DNA of 64,000 nucleotides from Lachnospiraceae bacterium (GTDB lineage: Bacteria > Bacillota > Clostridia > Lachnospirales > Lachnospiraceae): positions 8,334 to 72,333 of the forward strand of contig VSNY01000002.1 in NCBI GenBank assembly GCA_009774535.1. The letters are read 5' to 3'. A model generated the notes under the pieces. It worked only from the letters and a program-made list of their open reading frames with translations, was not told where the DNA came from and searched no databases. Shown here in pieces: positions 49,770 through 59,722 of the stretch (its first letter is position 1; each line of letters opens with the position of its first letter). A program made the translations under genes and the position numbers.

Positions 49770-49810
49770 ACGGCCCTTCCTTTCCGCTGGCACCGACATG
49801 TCCGGGAAGA
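49770..49810 (+). repeat. GC-rich intergenic repeat family, partial copy E
   Basis: TTCCGCTGGCACCGACATGTCCGGGAAG resembles the 36-bp unit at 16935. Confidence 0.55.
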
Positions 49811-49991
49811 GAAAATAAATACAACGCAATACCACAAGTGTTTTCTGTCTCATCACCCTGTCGCTTCTATAATCTTAATATTTTATTAAATCCACAGAAA
49901 AAAATAGACAAACGAAAAAAAATGCGTTATCTTACTTAAAGATATACGCGAATCAGCATTTTTCCATAAAAATAAGAATAGAAAGAAAAGG

Positions 49992-50726
49992 ATGAGGATC
50001 ATGGACTTTGAACTGGATGTGCATACACATACAATTGCAAGCGGCCACGCATACGGAACTCTGACTGAAATGGCCAGAGAGGCTTCAGTACGGGGGCTGA
50101 AAATACTTGGAATTACAGAACATGCGCACAATATGCCGGGAACTTGTGATGACTTGTATTTTGTCAATTTACGGGTAGTACCGAGGGAAATGTTTGGTAT
50201 CCGGTTGTTGCTCGGCGCAGAACTGAATATTATGGATGAACAGGGTACGGTTGACCTGCCGGATTGGATTATTCATAGGCTGGATCTTAGAATTGCAAGC
50301 ATACACGGCAATTTGTACTCATTCGGTACGATGGCACAGAATACAAACGCAATACTGAACGCAATGAAAAATCCGCGTATTGATATGATCGGCCATCCGG
50401 ATGACAGCAATTGTCCTCTGGATTATGAGCGGTTGGTAAAGGCTTCCAAAGAATATCATACGCTTTTGGAGATTAACAACAATTCTCTGCGTATGCCGTC
50501 GCGCAAAAATGCCAGGGAAAATATTATTACAATCTTAAAATTGTGTATGGCATATGAAGTTCCGGTTATTTTAAACAGCGATGCGCATTTTATGACAGAT
50601 CTTGCAAACACAGACTATTCGATGCCGATCGTGGAAGAAGTCGGTTTTCCAAAGGAACTGATCTTAAATTATTCTGCAGAAAAATTCCTGGGTTATCTTG
50701 CTGAGAACCGCATGCGTGAACAGTAG
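49992..50726 (+). CDS. PHP domain phosphatase (YcdX-like)
   Basis: DVHTHTIASGHAY, ITEH, GHPD, EINN, NSDAH; start may be 50001. Confidence 0.9.
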   Translation: MRIMDFELDVHTHTIASGHAYGTLTEMAREASVRGLKILGITEHAHNMPGTCDDLYFVNLRVVPREMFGIRLLLGAELNIMDEQGTVDLPDWIIHRLDLRIASIHGNLYSFGTMAQNTNAILNAMKNPRIDMIGHPDDSNCPLDYERLVKASKEYHTLLEINNNSLRMPSRKNARENIITILKLCMAYEVPVILNSDAHFMTDLANTDYSMPIVEEVGFPKELILNYSAEKFLGYLAENRMREQ

Positions 50727-50755
50727 GAATGGATCTGCTGCAAGGAGAGTAAAAA

Positions 50756-53700
50756 ATGACAAAATATTGTGTAAAAAAACCATTTACGATTTTTGTTGCG
50801 GTGATTGCGGTCATGGTCATCGGCATTGTCAGCCTGATGCGTATGAAGACGGATCTGCTCCCGGACATGAGTCTGCCGTATCTGATGATTATCACGACAG
50901 ATCCGGGTGCAAGTCCGGAAAAGGTGGAGAGTGAAGTTACTGCGCCGATGGAGCAGGCGCTGGGGACGGTTACTGGCGTAGAAAATATTACAAGCGTCAG
51001 TGCGGAAAATTACAGTATGGTCACGCTGGAATTTGTGGAAGATACAAATATGGATTCCGCTATGGTTAAGGTAACGGCGCAGTTAAACCAGCTGAACCTG
51101 CCGGAGACGTGCGGCACGCCGAATATGCTGGAGATTTCCATGGATATGATGGCGACGATGTACGCGACGGTCAGCTATCAGGATAAAGATATTTACCAGG
51201 TTTCTGATTTTACGGAAGAAATTATCAAGCCGTATTTTGAGCGTCAGGATGGCGTAGCGAGCGTTTCAGCCGTCGGCAGTGTGGAAAAGACGGTGGAAGT
51301 GCGTTTGAACGCGTCTAAAATTGATCATGTGAACGATCAGATTCTGGCAGAGACGAATGAAAAACTGACAGAAGCGAAGGAACAGATTGAAGAAGCAGCC
51401 GAGCAGCTGGAGGATGGAAAGAAAAAACTGGCGGATGCCAAAAGCGAACTGGAACGGCAGCAAAGCGATTTGAAGCAGGCGCAGTCCGAGACTTCTAAAA
51501 AGCTGGCTGAGGCGAGTCTGGCGTTGGATCAGGCGCAGGCGACAAAAGCGGCTTATGAAGCGAACCTGACCAGCCTGCAGGCGTCGAAGGCCGGGCTGGA
51601 AGCAGAAAAAAAGGCTTATGATGACAATCATTTACAGGATACATATAACCAGATTAACGGCGCGCTGGCGGCGATGCAGACGACATTGGCACAGCCTGCC
51701 CAGCTGGCGGGCATTACGATTCCGACAGATGTCGACGATGCGCTTGCAAATCCGGAGCAGTTTGAGGCATTTGTGGAATGGATTTCCCAGATGGGTATGG
51801 CGGAGCAGGTCGAAGATCTTACGCTGGATAATCTGCAGCAGCTGTCGGACGTTGTAACGAAACGGCTGCCGCAGATCGAGACCGGGCTGGCAAATCTGGA
51901 GACGCAGATTATGGCCGTCGAGCAGGCGGTGAAGCAGATCAGCCGCCAGATGGAACAGATCGACGAAAAATATAAGGAAGCGGACAGCGGTAAGTTTCAG
52001 GCTGCCGTATCCATGGCTTCCGGTGATGCGCAGATGGCAAACGGGCTTTCCGGAATGGAAAACTCCGAGAAAGATCTGGAAGAGGCAAAAAAGGAACTGA
52101 AAGAAGCGAAAAAACAGTACCGCCAGTCCAGAAAAGCAGCGCTGGAAAACGCCAATATCAGCAATCTTGCAAATATGGATACGTTAGCGCAGATGATTAC
52201 CGCGCAGGACTTTTCGATGCCGGCTGGTTATATCCGGGATCAGGGCAAATCTGAAAACCAGTGGCTGATTAAGGTGGGCGAGCATTATGACAGCCTGGAA
52301 AATCTGGAAAATATGCTGCTGTGCAAGCTGCCGGGCGTAGGCAACGTGCGGATGTCAGATGTTGCGGACATTACGGTGATCGATAACGCCGGAGAAACTT
52401 ATGCCAGAATCGATGGTGAAGAGGGCGTTTTGATTTCTATTTTTAAAGGAAGCACGGCAAGTACGAGCGATGTAGCCAAGACGTGTGAAGCAGCGATTAA
52501 AAAGCTGGAAGGGGATTACGAGGGCTTAAAAGTAACGCCGATTATGAACCAGGGCGATTATATTACGATGTTTATCAGCAGTATCTTACAGAGTATGATC
52601 AGCGGCGCGCTGTTGGCGGTGCTTGTATTGATTTTGTTTTTTAAGGATGTGAAACCGACGCTGGTCGTAGCGTTCAGCATTCCGTTTTCGGTTCTGTTTG
52701 CGATATTGATTATGTATTTTTCGGATATTTCGATCAATATTATGACGCTGGCCGGGCTGGGGCTGGCGATTGGGATGCTTGTAGATAACTCGATCGTTGT
52801 AATAGAAAATATTTACCGTATCCGCAACCATGGTATTTCGGCTCCGCGCGCAGCCGTACAGGGAGCAAAGCAGGTTGCCGGGCCGATTATTTCGTCTACG
52901 CTGACGACGATTTGCGTATTTATGCCGATGATCTTTACGTCCGGACTGGTAGCGGAACTGATGGTGCCGTTTGCGATGACGATTTCTTATGCGCTGACGG
53001 CGTCGCTGGTTGTGGCGCTGACCGTTGTGCCGACGGCGGGATCGATTCTGCTGGAGAGGACAAAAGAAAAACGATATCCGTTGTTTGAAAAGATGCAGAG
53101 CGCGTATGGGAAGCTGCTGGCGTTTTGTCTGCGGTTTAAGATTATTCCGCTGGCGCTTGCGATTGTGCTGCTTGTAATCTGTGTGCGCGAGGTGCTGCGC
53201 ATGGGGATAACGATGCTGCCGGAAATGACCGGGGAGCAGATCGCGCTGACGGTAAATGTACCTGAGGATACGGAAAAGGAAGATGCGTTTGCGATGGCGG
53301 ACAAAGTGATGGAAGCGGCGCTTTCGGTAGACGGCGTGGCGACGGTCGGCGCGATGGACGGCAGCAGTACGTCCGGTATGCTGGGCGCGAGCGCTGCAGG
53401 CGGGGAGGATTTTTTGAATTATTCTTTTTCTATCCTGCTTGATGAAGAGATTAAAGATGTACAAAAAATACGCGCGATTGCAAAAGAATTGGAAGACGCC
53501 ACCGCGGATCTTGAGTGTGAGGTTGCCGTTTCATCTTCCGCTATGGGAGATATGACCGCGATGATGGGCAGCGGGCTTTCTCTGAATATATACGGGGACA
53601 GCGTGGAAACGCTGCTGGAAATCAGCGAAGACGTGCAGGGAATCGTGGCGCAGGTGGAAGGATTTGAAAATATTTCCAACGGCCAGGAAGACGGCGCGCA

Positions 53701-54736
53701 GGAAATTCATCTGATTATTAATAAAGACCGGGCCATGAAGCGCGGGTTAACTGTAGCGCAGATCTATAGCACGCTGGCGTCCAGGCTTACGACAGAAAAA
53801 GATTCCGTTACGATGAGCGTCGGAGATACCGACATGACCGTGCAGCTTGTGGATGAGACAGAACTGCTGAACCGGAAAAATCTGCTGAACATGGAGCTGG
53901 AAGCAACGGTTACGAACGAAGATGGAACGACAGAAACGAAAAAATATGAACTGGGAGATTTTGCAGAACTGGAATACGGTCAGGGGCTTGCGTCCATTTC
54001 CCGCGAAAACCAGTCGCATTATATTACAATTACAGCGGATACGATGGAAGGCCATAACACGACGCTGTTAACCAGGGATCTGAAAAAGAAGCTGAAATCT
54101 TATGAAATCGCAGACGGCTATACGATTGAAATCGGCGGCGAGAGCGATCAGGTAGACGACATGGTATCACAGATGACTCAGCTGATGGCGCTTGGCTTTT
54201 TGCTTATTTATCTCGTTATGGTGGCGCAGTTTCAAAGCCTTTTGTCTCCGTTTATCGTAATATTTACGATACCGCTGGCATTTACCGGAGGTCTGCTGGG
54301 ATTGCTGGCATTTGGAGAGCAGTTATCGTTAATGAGTCTGCTTGGGTTTACAATATTGATGGGAACAGTCGTAAATAATGGTATCGTATTCGTAGATTAT
54401 GCGAATCAGCTGCGTATTGGCGGCATGGGCAGGCGTGAAGCGCTGGTTGCGACCGGAAAGACCCGTATGCGTCCGATTCTGATGACGGCGCTGACCACGA
54501 TTTTATCTATGTGCATGATGATTTTCAGCAGACAGGCAGGAAATTCCATGGGGCGCGGTATGGCGATTGTTGTAGTAGGAGGTTTGTTGTATGCAACTTT
54601 AATGACACTCTTTATTATTCCTGTCATGTATGATATATTTTATAGGAAACAGCCGCATCAGGTGGATGTTGGGGAAGACGACCTGGACGAAATACTGGAT
54701 GAGGCGCAGGAGTATATGAGAGAAAATGAATTTTAA
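50756..54736 (+). CDS. RND family efflux transporter (AcrB-like) with a large coiled-coil insertion
   Basis: GMLVDNSIVVIENI, GTVVNNGIV, RMRPILMTALTT. Confidence 0.92.
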   Translation: MTKYCVKKPFTIFVAVIAVMVIGIVSLMRMKTDLLPDMSLPYLMIITTDPGASPEKVESEVTAPMEQALGTVTGVENITSVSAENYSMVTLEFVEDTNMDSAMVKVTAQLNQLNLPETCGTPNMLEISMDMMATMYATVSYQDKDIYQVSDFTEEIIKPYFERQDGVASVSAVGSVEKTVEVRLNASKIDHVNDQILAETNEKLTEAKEQIEEAAEQLEDGKKKLADAKSELERQQSDLKQAQSETSKKLAEASLALDQAQATKAAYEANLTSLQASKAGLEAEKKAYDDNHLQDTYNQINGALAAMQTTLAQPAQLAGITIPTDVDDALANPEQFEAFVEWISQMGMAEQVEDLTLDNLQQLSDVVTKRLPQIETGLANLETQIMAVEQAVKQISRQMEQIDEKYKEADSGKFQAAVSMASGDAQMANGLSGMENSEKDLEEAKKELKEAKKQYRQSRKAALENANISNLANMDTLAQMITAQDFSMPAGYIRDQGKSENQWLIKVGEHYDSLENLENMLLCKLPGVGNVRMSDVADITVIDNAGETYARIDGEEGVLISIFKGSTASTSDVAKTCEAAIKKLEGDYEGLKVTPIMNQGDYITMFISSILQSMISGALLAVLVLILFFKDVKPTLVVAFSIPFSVLFAILIMYFSDISINIMTLAGLGLAIGMLVDNSIVVIENIYRIRNHGISAPRAAVQGAKQVAGPIISSTLTTICVFMPMIFTSGLVAELMVPFAMTISYALTASLVVALTVVPTAGSILLERTKEKRYPLFEKMQSAYGKLLAFCLRFKIIPLALAIVLLVICVREVLRMGITMLPEMTGEQIALTVNVPEDTEKEDAFAMADKVMEAALSVDGVATVGAMDGSSTSGMLGASAAGGEDFLNYSFSILLDEEIKDVQKIRAIAKELEDATADLECEVAVSSSAMGDMTAMMGSGLSLNIYGDSVETLLEISEDVQGIVAQVEGFENISNGQEDGAQEIHLIINKDRAMKRGLTVAQIYSTLASRLTTEKDSVTMSVGDTDMTVQLVDETELLNRKNLLNMELEATVTNEDGTTETKKYELGDFAELEYGQGLASISRENQSHYITITADTMEGHNTTLLTRDLKKKLKSYEIADGYTIEIGGESDQVDDMVSQMTQLMALGFLLIYLVMVAQFQSLLSPFIVIFTIPLAFTGGLLGLLAFGEQLSLMSLLGFTILMGTVVNNGIVFVDYANQLRIGGMGRREALVATGKTRMRPILMTALTTILSMCMMIFSRQAGNSMGRGMAIVVVGGLLYATLMTLFIIPVMYDIFYRKQPHQVDVGEDDLDEILDEAQEYMRENEF

Positions 54737-54756
54737 TCGGAATTGGAGGAAAAGAC

Positions 54757-56076
54757 ATGATTAAAGTTGTAAAATTCGGGGGCAGTTCCCTGGCAAGCGC
54801 AGAGCAGTTCCGCAAAGTACGTGATATTCTGCTGGCGGATAAAAAGCGCAGGTATGTGATACCGAGCGCCCCTGGCAAACGTCATAAGAGCGATACGAAA
54901 GTAACGGATTTGCTGTATGAGTGTTATGCGCTGGCCGAGGCGGAGGAAGAATTTAAGCCGGTGATGCGCAAAATCCGTGCCAGATATAATGAGATTATCA
55001 GTGGATTAAAGATGAATTTAAACCTGGATGACCAGTTTAAGGAAATGGAAGAGCAGTTCCGTAACAAAGCAGGGGTCGATTATGCGGCGTCCCGCGGGGA
55101 GTATTTAAACGGTATTATTATGTCGCATTTTACCGGCTATGAATTTATCGACGCCAAAGAAGTGATCCGCTTTGACAATGAGGGTAATTTTGATGCGGAT
55201 ACGACGAACGACATTTTAAAAGAACGTCTAAAGAAGACGGAACGCGCGGTGATTCCGGGATTTTACGGAGCAATGGCGGATGGCCGCGTAAAGACGTTTT
55301 CCCGCGGCGGCTCGGATATTACTGGTTCCATTGTGGCAAAGGCATGTAAGGCAGATTTGTATGAGAACTGGACGGATGTGTCCGGGTTTTTGATCGCCGA
55401 CCCGAGAATTATTAAAAATCCAAAGGGCATCAAAGTGATTACTTACCGGGAACTGCGCGAACTGTCTTATATGGGCGCTACCGTGCTGCATGAAGACGCG
55501 ATCTTCCCAGTGCGCAAGGAAGGGATTCCCATCAATATTAAAAATACAAACGCACCGGAAGATCCTGGGACGTTTATTGTGGAAAGCACCTGCCAGAAGC
55601 CGGAATTTACAATTACAGGTATCGCCGGGAAGCAGGGCTTTGTAGCAGTTAATATTGAAAAGGATATGATGAATTCGGAGATTGGTTTTGGGCGCAAAGT
55701 GCTGGCAGCATTTGAAGAAAATCAAATTTCTTTTGAGCATGTACCGTCCGGGATTGATACATTTACGGTATTTGTGCATCAGGAGGAATTTGAAGGCAAA
55801 GAACAGAGCGTGCTGTCTGCGATCCACCGTTTGGCAGAGCCGGACAGTATTGATTTGGAAGCGGACTTGTCGCTGATTGCGGTTGTAGGACGCGGCATGA
55901 AAAGTACACGGGGTACGGCGGGCAGGATCTTTTCTGCGCTGGCGCATGCTAATGTCAACGTCAAGATGATCGACCAGGGATCGTCAGAGCTGAATGTGAT
56001 TATCGGCGTCAGCAATGAGGATTTCGAGCAGGCGATCAAAGCGATTTATGATATTTTTGTAGAGACAAGGCTGTAA
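54757..56076 (+). CDS. Aspartate kinase
   Basis: KFGGSS, SAPGK, TFSRGGSD, NWTDVSG and C-terminal ACT domains. Confidence 0.95.
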   Translation: MIKVVKFGGSSLASAEQFRKVRDILLADKKRRYVIPSAPGKRHKSDTKVTDLLYECYALAEAEEEFKPVMRKIRARYNEIISGLKMNLNLDDQFKEMEEQFRNKAGVDYAASRGEYLNGIIMSHFTGYEFIDAKEVIRFDNEGNFDADTTNDILKERLKKTERAVIPGFYGAMADGRVKTFSRGGSDITGSIVAKACKADLYENWTDVSGFLIADPRIIKNPKGIKVITYRELRELSYMGATVLHEDAIFPVRKEGIPINIKNTNAPEDPGTFIVESTCQKPEFTITGIAGKQGFVAVNIEKDMMNSEIGFGRKVLAAFEENQISFEHVPSGIDTFTVFVHQEEFEGKEQSVLSAIHRLAEPDSIDLEADLSLIAVVGRGMKSTRGTAGRIFSALAHANVNVKMIDQGSSELNVIIGVSNEDFEQAIKAIYDIFVETRL

Positions 56077-56195
56077 TCTGCAGCGCTGCTTTTTTGCTGA
56101 GGCAAGGTTTTATTCGCAATGCTGCTGTATTTGTCTGGCTGCTGCCTGTGCAGGCAGCGGCTTTTGGACTGTTTTGGGAAAGAAGGAAGATCAAT

Positions 56196-56972
56196 ATGTG
56201 GAACCGGATCGGGTTAAAAGAAGATTCAAAAACATTGCTGCGTCTGAATTACTGGCCGTTCGTGCTGGTAGCGTTTATCCATACGATAGTAGTCGGGAGC
56301 AGCGCGCGCAGAGGCAGCGGAGCAAACGTTGCCGGGGATTGGCGTAACCTGTACGAAGGCGGGTATTCTTATGGATATGACAGCTATTATGTGCTGAGAG
56401 ACATCGTAAGGTCGCTTCTGCCGTTTTTCGGGCTGGCACTGGTCACTGTTATGGGCTTATGGGTAATTATGATCCTGTTGGATATCTTTGTGCTAAGTCC
56501 GATTGAAGTCGGCTGTAAGCGCTATATGACGATGGCGCGCAGTGTGAAGCCGGAGTTTGGCGAGATGGCGTTTGTATTTAAGAACTGTTACGCAAATGTG
56601 GTAAAAACGATGTTTCTTAAGAGTCTGTATACCTTTTTATGGACACTGCTGTTTGTGATCCCGGGAGTTGTCAAGGCATATGAATACCGGATGATCCCGT
56701 ACTTAATGGCAGAATATCCGGATATGGCATCTGACGAAGCATTCCGTATCAGCCGGGAAATGATGACTGGCAATAAATGGGAAGCGTTTGTGCTGGATTT
56801 ATCGTTTATCGGATGGAACCTGCTTTCAACGATTACCTTGGGGCTGGTAGGAGTATTTTATGCCGGGCCTTATCAGATGCTGACAAATGCGGCGCTGTAC
56901 CTGACTTTAAAAGAAACGCATCCGAGTTTTGGTTATGTACAGCAGGATGATAATTACTATTTTCAGAACTAA
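56196..56972 (+). CDS. DUF975 family membrane protein
   Basis: LWTLLFVIPGVVKAYEYRMIPY...S..MM.GNKW..FVLDLSFIGW. Confidence 0.85.
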   Translation: MWNRIGLKEDSKTLLRLNYWPFVLVAFIHTIVVGSSARRGSGANVAGDWRNLYEGGYSYGYDSYYVLRDIVRSLLPFFGLALVTVMGLWVIMILLDIFVLSPIEVGCKRYMTMARSVKPEFGEMAFVFKNCYANVVKTMFLKSLYTFLWTLLFVIPGVVKAYEYRMIPYLMAEYPDMASDEAFRISREMMTGNKWEAFVLDLSFIGWNLLSTITLGLVGVFYAGPYQMLTNAALYLTLKETHPSFGYVQQDDNYYFQN

Positions 56973-57018
56973 GAGGATCATAAATGAAACGCAGATGGAT
57001 ACCGTAAGGTGTATTTCA

Positions 57019-57056
57019 GCCCCTTTGCAGGACGGGTGTTCAGCAGAGGGGCTTTT
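57019..57056. terminator. Terminator between convergent genes
   Basis: AGCCCCTTTGC...GCAGAGGGGCT-TTT. Confidence 0.65.
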
Positions 57057-57093
57057 CGGTATTTCAGAATGATTTTTACGAAAACGATTGTGT

Positions 57094-57372
57094 TCAGCAA
57101 TAGAATTTGATTTCATCTGTTACAAAGAATTTCTTCCATTCGGCACAGATCAGAAAAAATTGTGCTGATATGATTGTCATTAATGTATTTAATTCCTTTT
57201 TCGGAATCTGGCATGCATTCGTAGCTAAGATACAGCCGCCTTTTTTTGTCAGCCAGATTTTGGTACCGTTTGGAGAAGGCTTTCCCTTTGATATGTGTAC
57301 ATGGATTGGTTCGTTATTCTCATTTGCCCAAAAATAAATTTTATAGCCGCTTACTGTGAATAAATCAGGCAA
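57094..57372 (-). CDS. DUF4160 family protein (HicA/DhiT-like)
   Basis: TTG start after GGAGGA; GYKIYFW.NE..EPIHVH, KIWL. Confidence 0.8.
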   Translation of the reverse strand: MPDLFTVSGYKIYFWANENNEPIHVHISKGKPSPNGTKIWLTKKGGCILATNACQIPKKELNTLMTIISAQFFLICAEWKKFFVTDEIKFYC

Positions 57373-57634
57373 TTTGGATTCCTCCCTCTGCTGCATACTT
57401 GTACAGCAAATGTGCATTACTTTGAAGCAGCTGCTCAAACAGGGTGATTTCTTCATCAGAATATCCCTCTTTTAGAATCCATTTATACTCTGGAAGTTCA
57501 CATCTTGCAGAATCAAAGCCATCTTCTGTTGGTCGTTCAAAATGGACAATTACTTTCTGTACATTATTTTCTTCAATAATCTGCGAGTGGACAATCTCGG
57601 TTTCATCATATAACGTCATGTATGGGTACATCAT
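57365..57634 (-). CDS. Small acidic hypothetical protein, overlapping the DUF4160 gene
   Basis: 89 aa, RBS AAAGGAGGA, 8-bp overlap with the downstream gene. Confidence 0.8.
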   Translation of the reverse strand: MMYPYMTLYDETEIVHSQIIEENNVQKVIVHFERPTEDGFDSARCELPEYKWILKEGYSDEEITLFEQLLQSNAHLLYKYAAEGGIQIA

Positions 57635-57787
57635 ATCTTTGTCATCCTCCTTTCATTTATTATATCCCCGTCTACTGCTAAATACAATCACTATTTTTAT
57701 TGGAAATTCACTGTTTACAAACAGTTACTTTTCGCCTGATCTGTTCTTTCCATCGTTTTTTGCATGACTTTCCTAAAAAGATACGTT

Positions 57788-58267
57788 CTAAGCAGACAGC
57801 TTTACCAGTTCAAGCCCGCAGATTCCCCTGCGCAGGATACTTTCTGCTATAGACAAGTGGACAACAATGGATACAGAGCCTTTCGGGCTGCGGATGCGAA
57901 AGATTCCAGGCGCTTTTTTGCAAAAATCCTGTGGTTCTACCGCAATAGCTGCAGGCAGGCCGTTTGAGGCAAAAGTAACCTGTTTCGGCTGGTAAGGCAG
58001 CGGCGGCAGGAACCAAAATGTTTTTTGCTCCTTTTTTTGAGGGTGGATAAAAACACATGGCCGCCAGAGCTGCTCAGGAAGATATTGTTCAATCACCTGC
58101 TTTAAGGGGTCGCTGAACAGATGTTCCATTGCAAGATAATCAAATTTGTCTAACAGTGAAAGATCAATCATTGCGCGTACTGAAGGGTCTTCTGGTGCAG
58201 CGGATTCTTCAGGCGGCGCTTTTGGTATGGTAATGGTTCCGGATTGCCGGATCATAAAATAATCCAT
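57788..58267 (-). CDS. Hypothetical protein, possibly immunity (Imm11-like)
   Basis: RBS AAAGGAG; LFSDPLKQVIEQY...IVVHLSIAESILRRG pattern; the immunity call is tentative. Confidence 0.6.
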   Translation of the reverse strand: MDYFMIRQSGTITIPKAPPEESAAPEDPSVRAMIDLSLLDKFDYLAMEHLFSDPLKQVIEQYLPEQLWRPCVFIHPQKKEQKTFWFLPPLPYQPKQVTFASNGLPAAIAVEPQDFCKKAPGIFRIRSPKGSVSIVVHLSIAESILRRGICGLELVKLSA

Positions 58268-58344
58268 AGGTTTTGCAACTCCTTTCTGTCTGCTTGAAAA
58301 CTGCCGGCGAATTGTGGATGGACTTTTCGGATGCTTCTGTAATG

Positions 58345-59433
58345 TTATTCGTCTGTGATCTGTATGACACGCATCTGTTCCGGAGAAAGCGCGAATTCAT
58401 GCAGACGCCTGCGGCTGAACTTGGCGCCGTCCATAATTGCTCCGGTAAAGTCTGCGTCACGGATTTTAGTCCGGCAGAAATCCGCGCGGGTCAGGTTGGC
58501 GTTTTGAAAATTAATCGGGCGAAATCCGGTGAGCATCCAGGTTTCCGTGTCAGGGACGCCGCGGTAGCCCGTCGTAACGCGAAAGCAGGCGTCGGTAAGA
58601 TCAGCCCCGGAAAAATCCGCTTCATGTATCTGACAATACCGCAGATCCGCGCCGCGCAGACTGGCATGGCAAAAACGCGTCCCGTATAACAGAGAATCCT
58701 GAAAATCCGTTCCGTCCAGCGTCGTGCGGCGCAGATCTGAATAACGCAGGTCAATTTCAGACAGGTCTGCGCCGGAAAAATCAAGTCCGGAAAAATCTTC
58801 AAATGCATATGCAAATTCTTCCCGCAGTGAAAACCAGCGCAGCGCATCCGCAGACGTCCGGGTGCGGTTTTCTTTGTAGACGGCTTCGGTATAAGCCATA
58901 TATTCACCGACGTTAACTTCAAATTCATCCGCGCGCCGCATCGACAGAAATGGTTCTGCTTCCACACAGGGGAGAATAGAATAACGGAATATGGATGCGA
59001 CGTACCGGTAAAATACGCTGGCGCACAACAGCAGGAAAGAAATAGCTTCCTGCGCCGTCACAGCTCCGGCAAAGCGTTTGCGGCTGGACATGATTTCATC
59101 CCATAGCTCCCGGTATTTTGTAAATACAAAAGCATAATCAAAACTGCCCACCGCACGCTGTCCGGCGTCAAAGTACCAGTCGTCGTTGTATATGCGCACC
59201 TGCGCGAGTTCCTTTTTTTGTATCAGATTCGTAAATAAAAACGTATATTCCAGGTAGGAGATTTCTCCGATTTCGTTTTCTGCCTGCAGTCTGCATACGG
59301 TTTCACACATCTGTCTGAAATGGTCTTGGAAAACAGGAATGTATTCGTGCAGATGCTCCTGGTAAATCTGATCCATTTCAAACAGTTTGCGCGTATGTAA
59401 TGCAGAGGCATATTGTTTAAATTCTTCGGTCAT
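58345..59433 (-). CDS. Pentapeptide repeat-containing protein
   Basis: C-terminal A(D/N)LXX repeats (LDFSG ADLSE IDLRY SDLRR...); RBS GGAGGA. Confidence 0.88.
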   Translation of the reverse strand: MTEEFKQYASALHTRKLFEMDQIYQEHLHEYIPVFQDHFRQMCETVCRLQAENEIGEISYLEYTFLFTNLIQKKELAQVRIYNDDWYFDAGQRAVGSFDYAFVFTKYRELWDEIMSSRKRFAGAVTAQEAISFLLLCASVFYRYVASIFRYSILPCVEAEPFLSMRRADEFEVNVGEYMAYTEAVYKENRTRTSADALRWFSLREEFAYAFEDFSGLDFSGADLSEIDLRYSDLRRTTLDGTDFQDSLLYGTRFCHASLRGADLRYCQIHEADFSGADLTDACFRVTTGYRGVPDTETWMLTGFRPINFQNANLTRADFCRTKIRDADFTGAIMDGAKFSRRRLHEFALSPEQMRVIQITDE

Positions 59434-59656
59434 TTTGCCTGCGTCCTCCTTTGTGCAGTCCTGGTTTTTGCTTGTGTTTAGTGTACCACAAACAGAAGCG
59501 TTTGTCATGCAGTATTTTTGTAGTTTGCGGGTGATGCGGTGAGAGGGCGTAACAGTTCCATGGGGGTATCATGTTATGGAGAGAGCCGGATTAGAGTACT
59601 TTGACGGAACAGTTACAGGCGTTATCAAAATTATCCGTCTTTTTCCACATTTTTTA

Positions 59657-59707
59657 TTGACAAATTCATTTTCACATTATATACTTTTCATAACGAAAAC
59701 GTTTTGG
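59657..59707 (+). promoter_or_regulatory. sigmaA promoter with a LacI-type operator
   Basis: TTGACA-17-TATACT followed by CGAAAACGTTTTGG. Confidence 0.75.
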
Positions 59708-59722
59708 GAAGGAGGCAGGAAA

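Noticed and set aside
52586..53464. Long antisense ORFs (here and at 61959-62867, 55228-55947 and 17912-18607)
   Set aside because: Shadow frames of well-supported genes, with no motifs or RBS.
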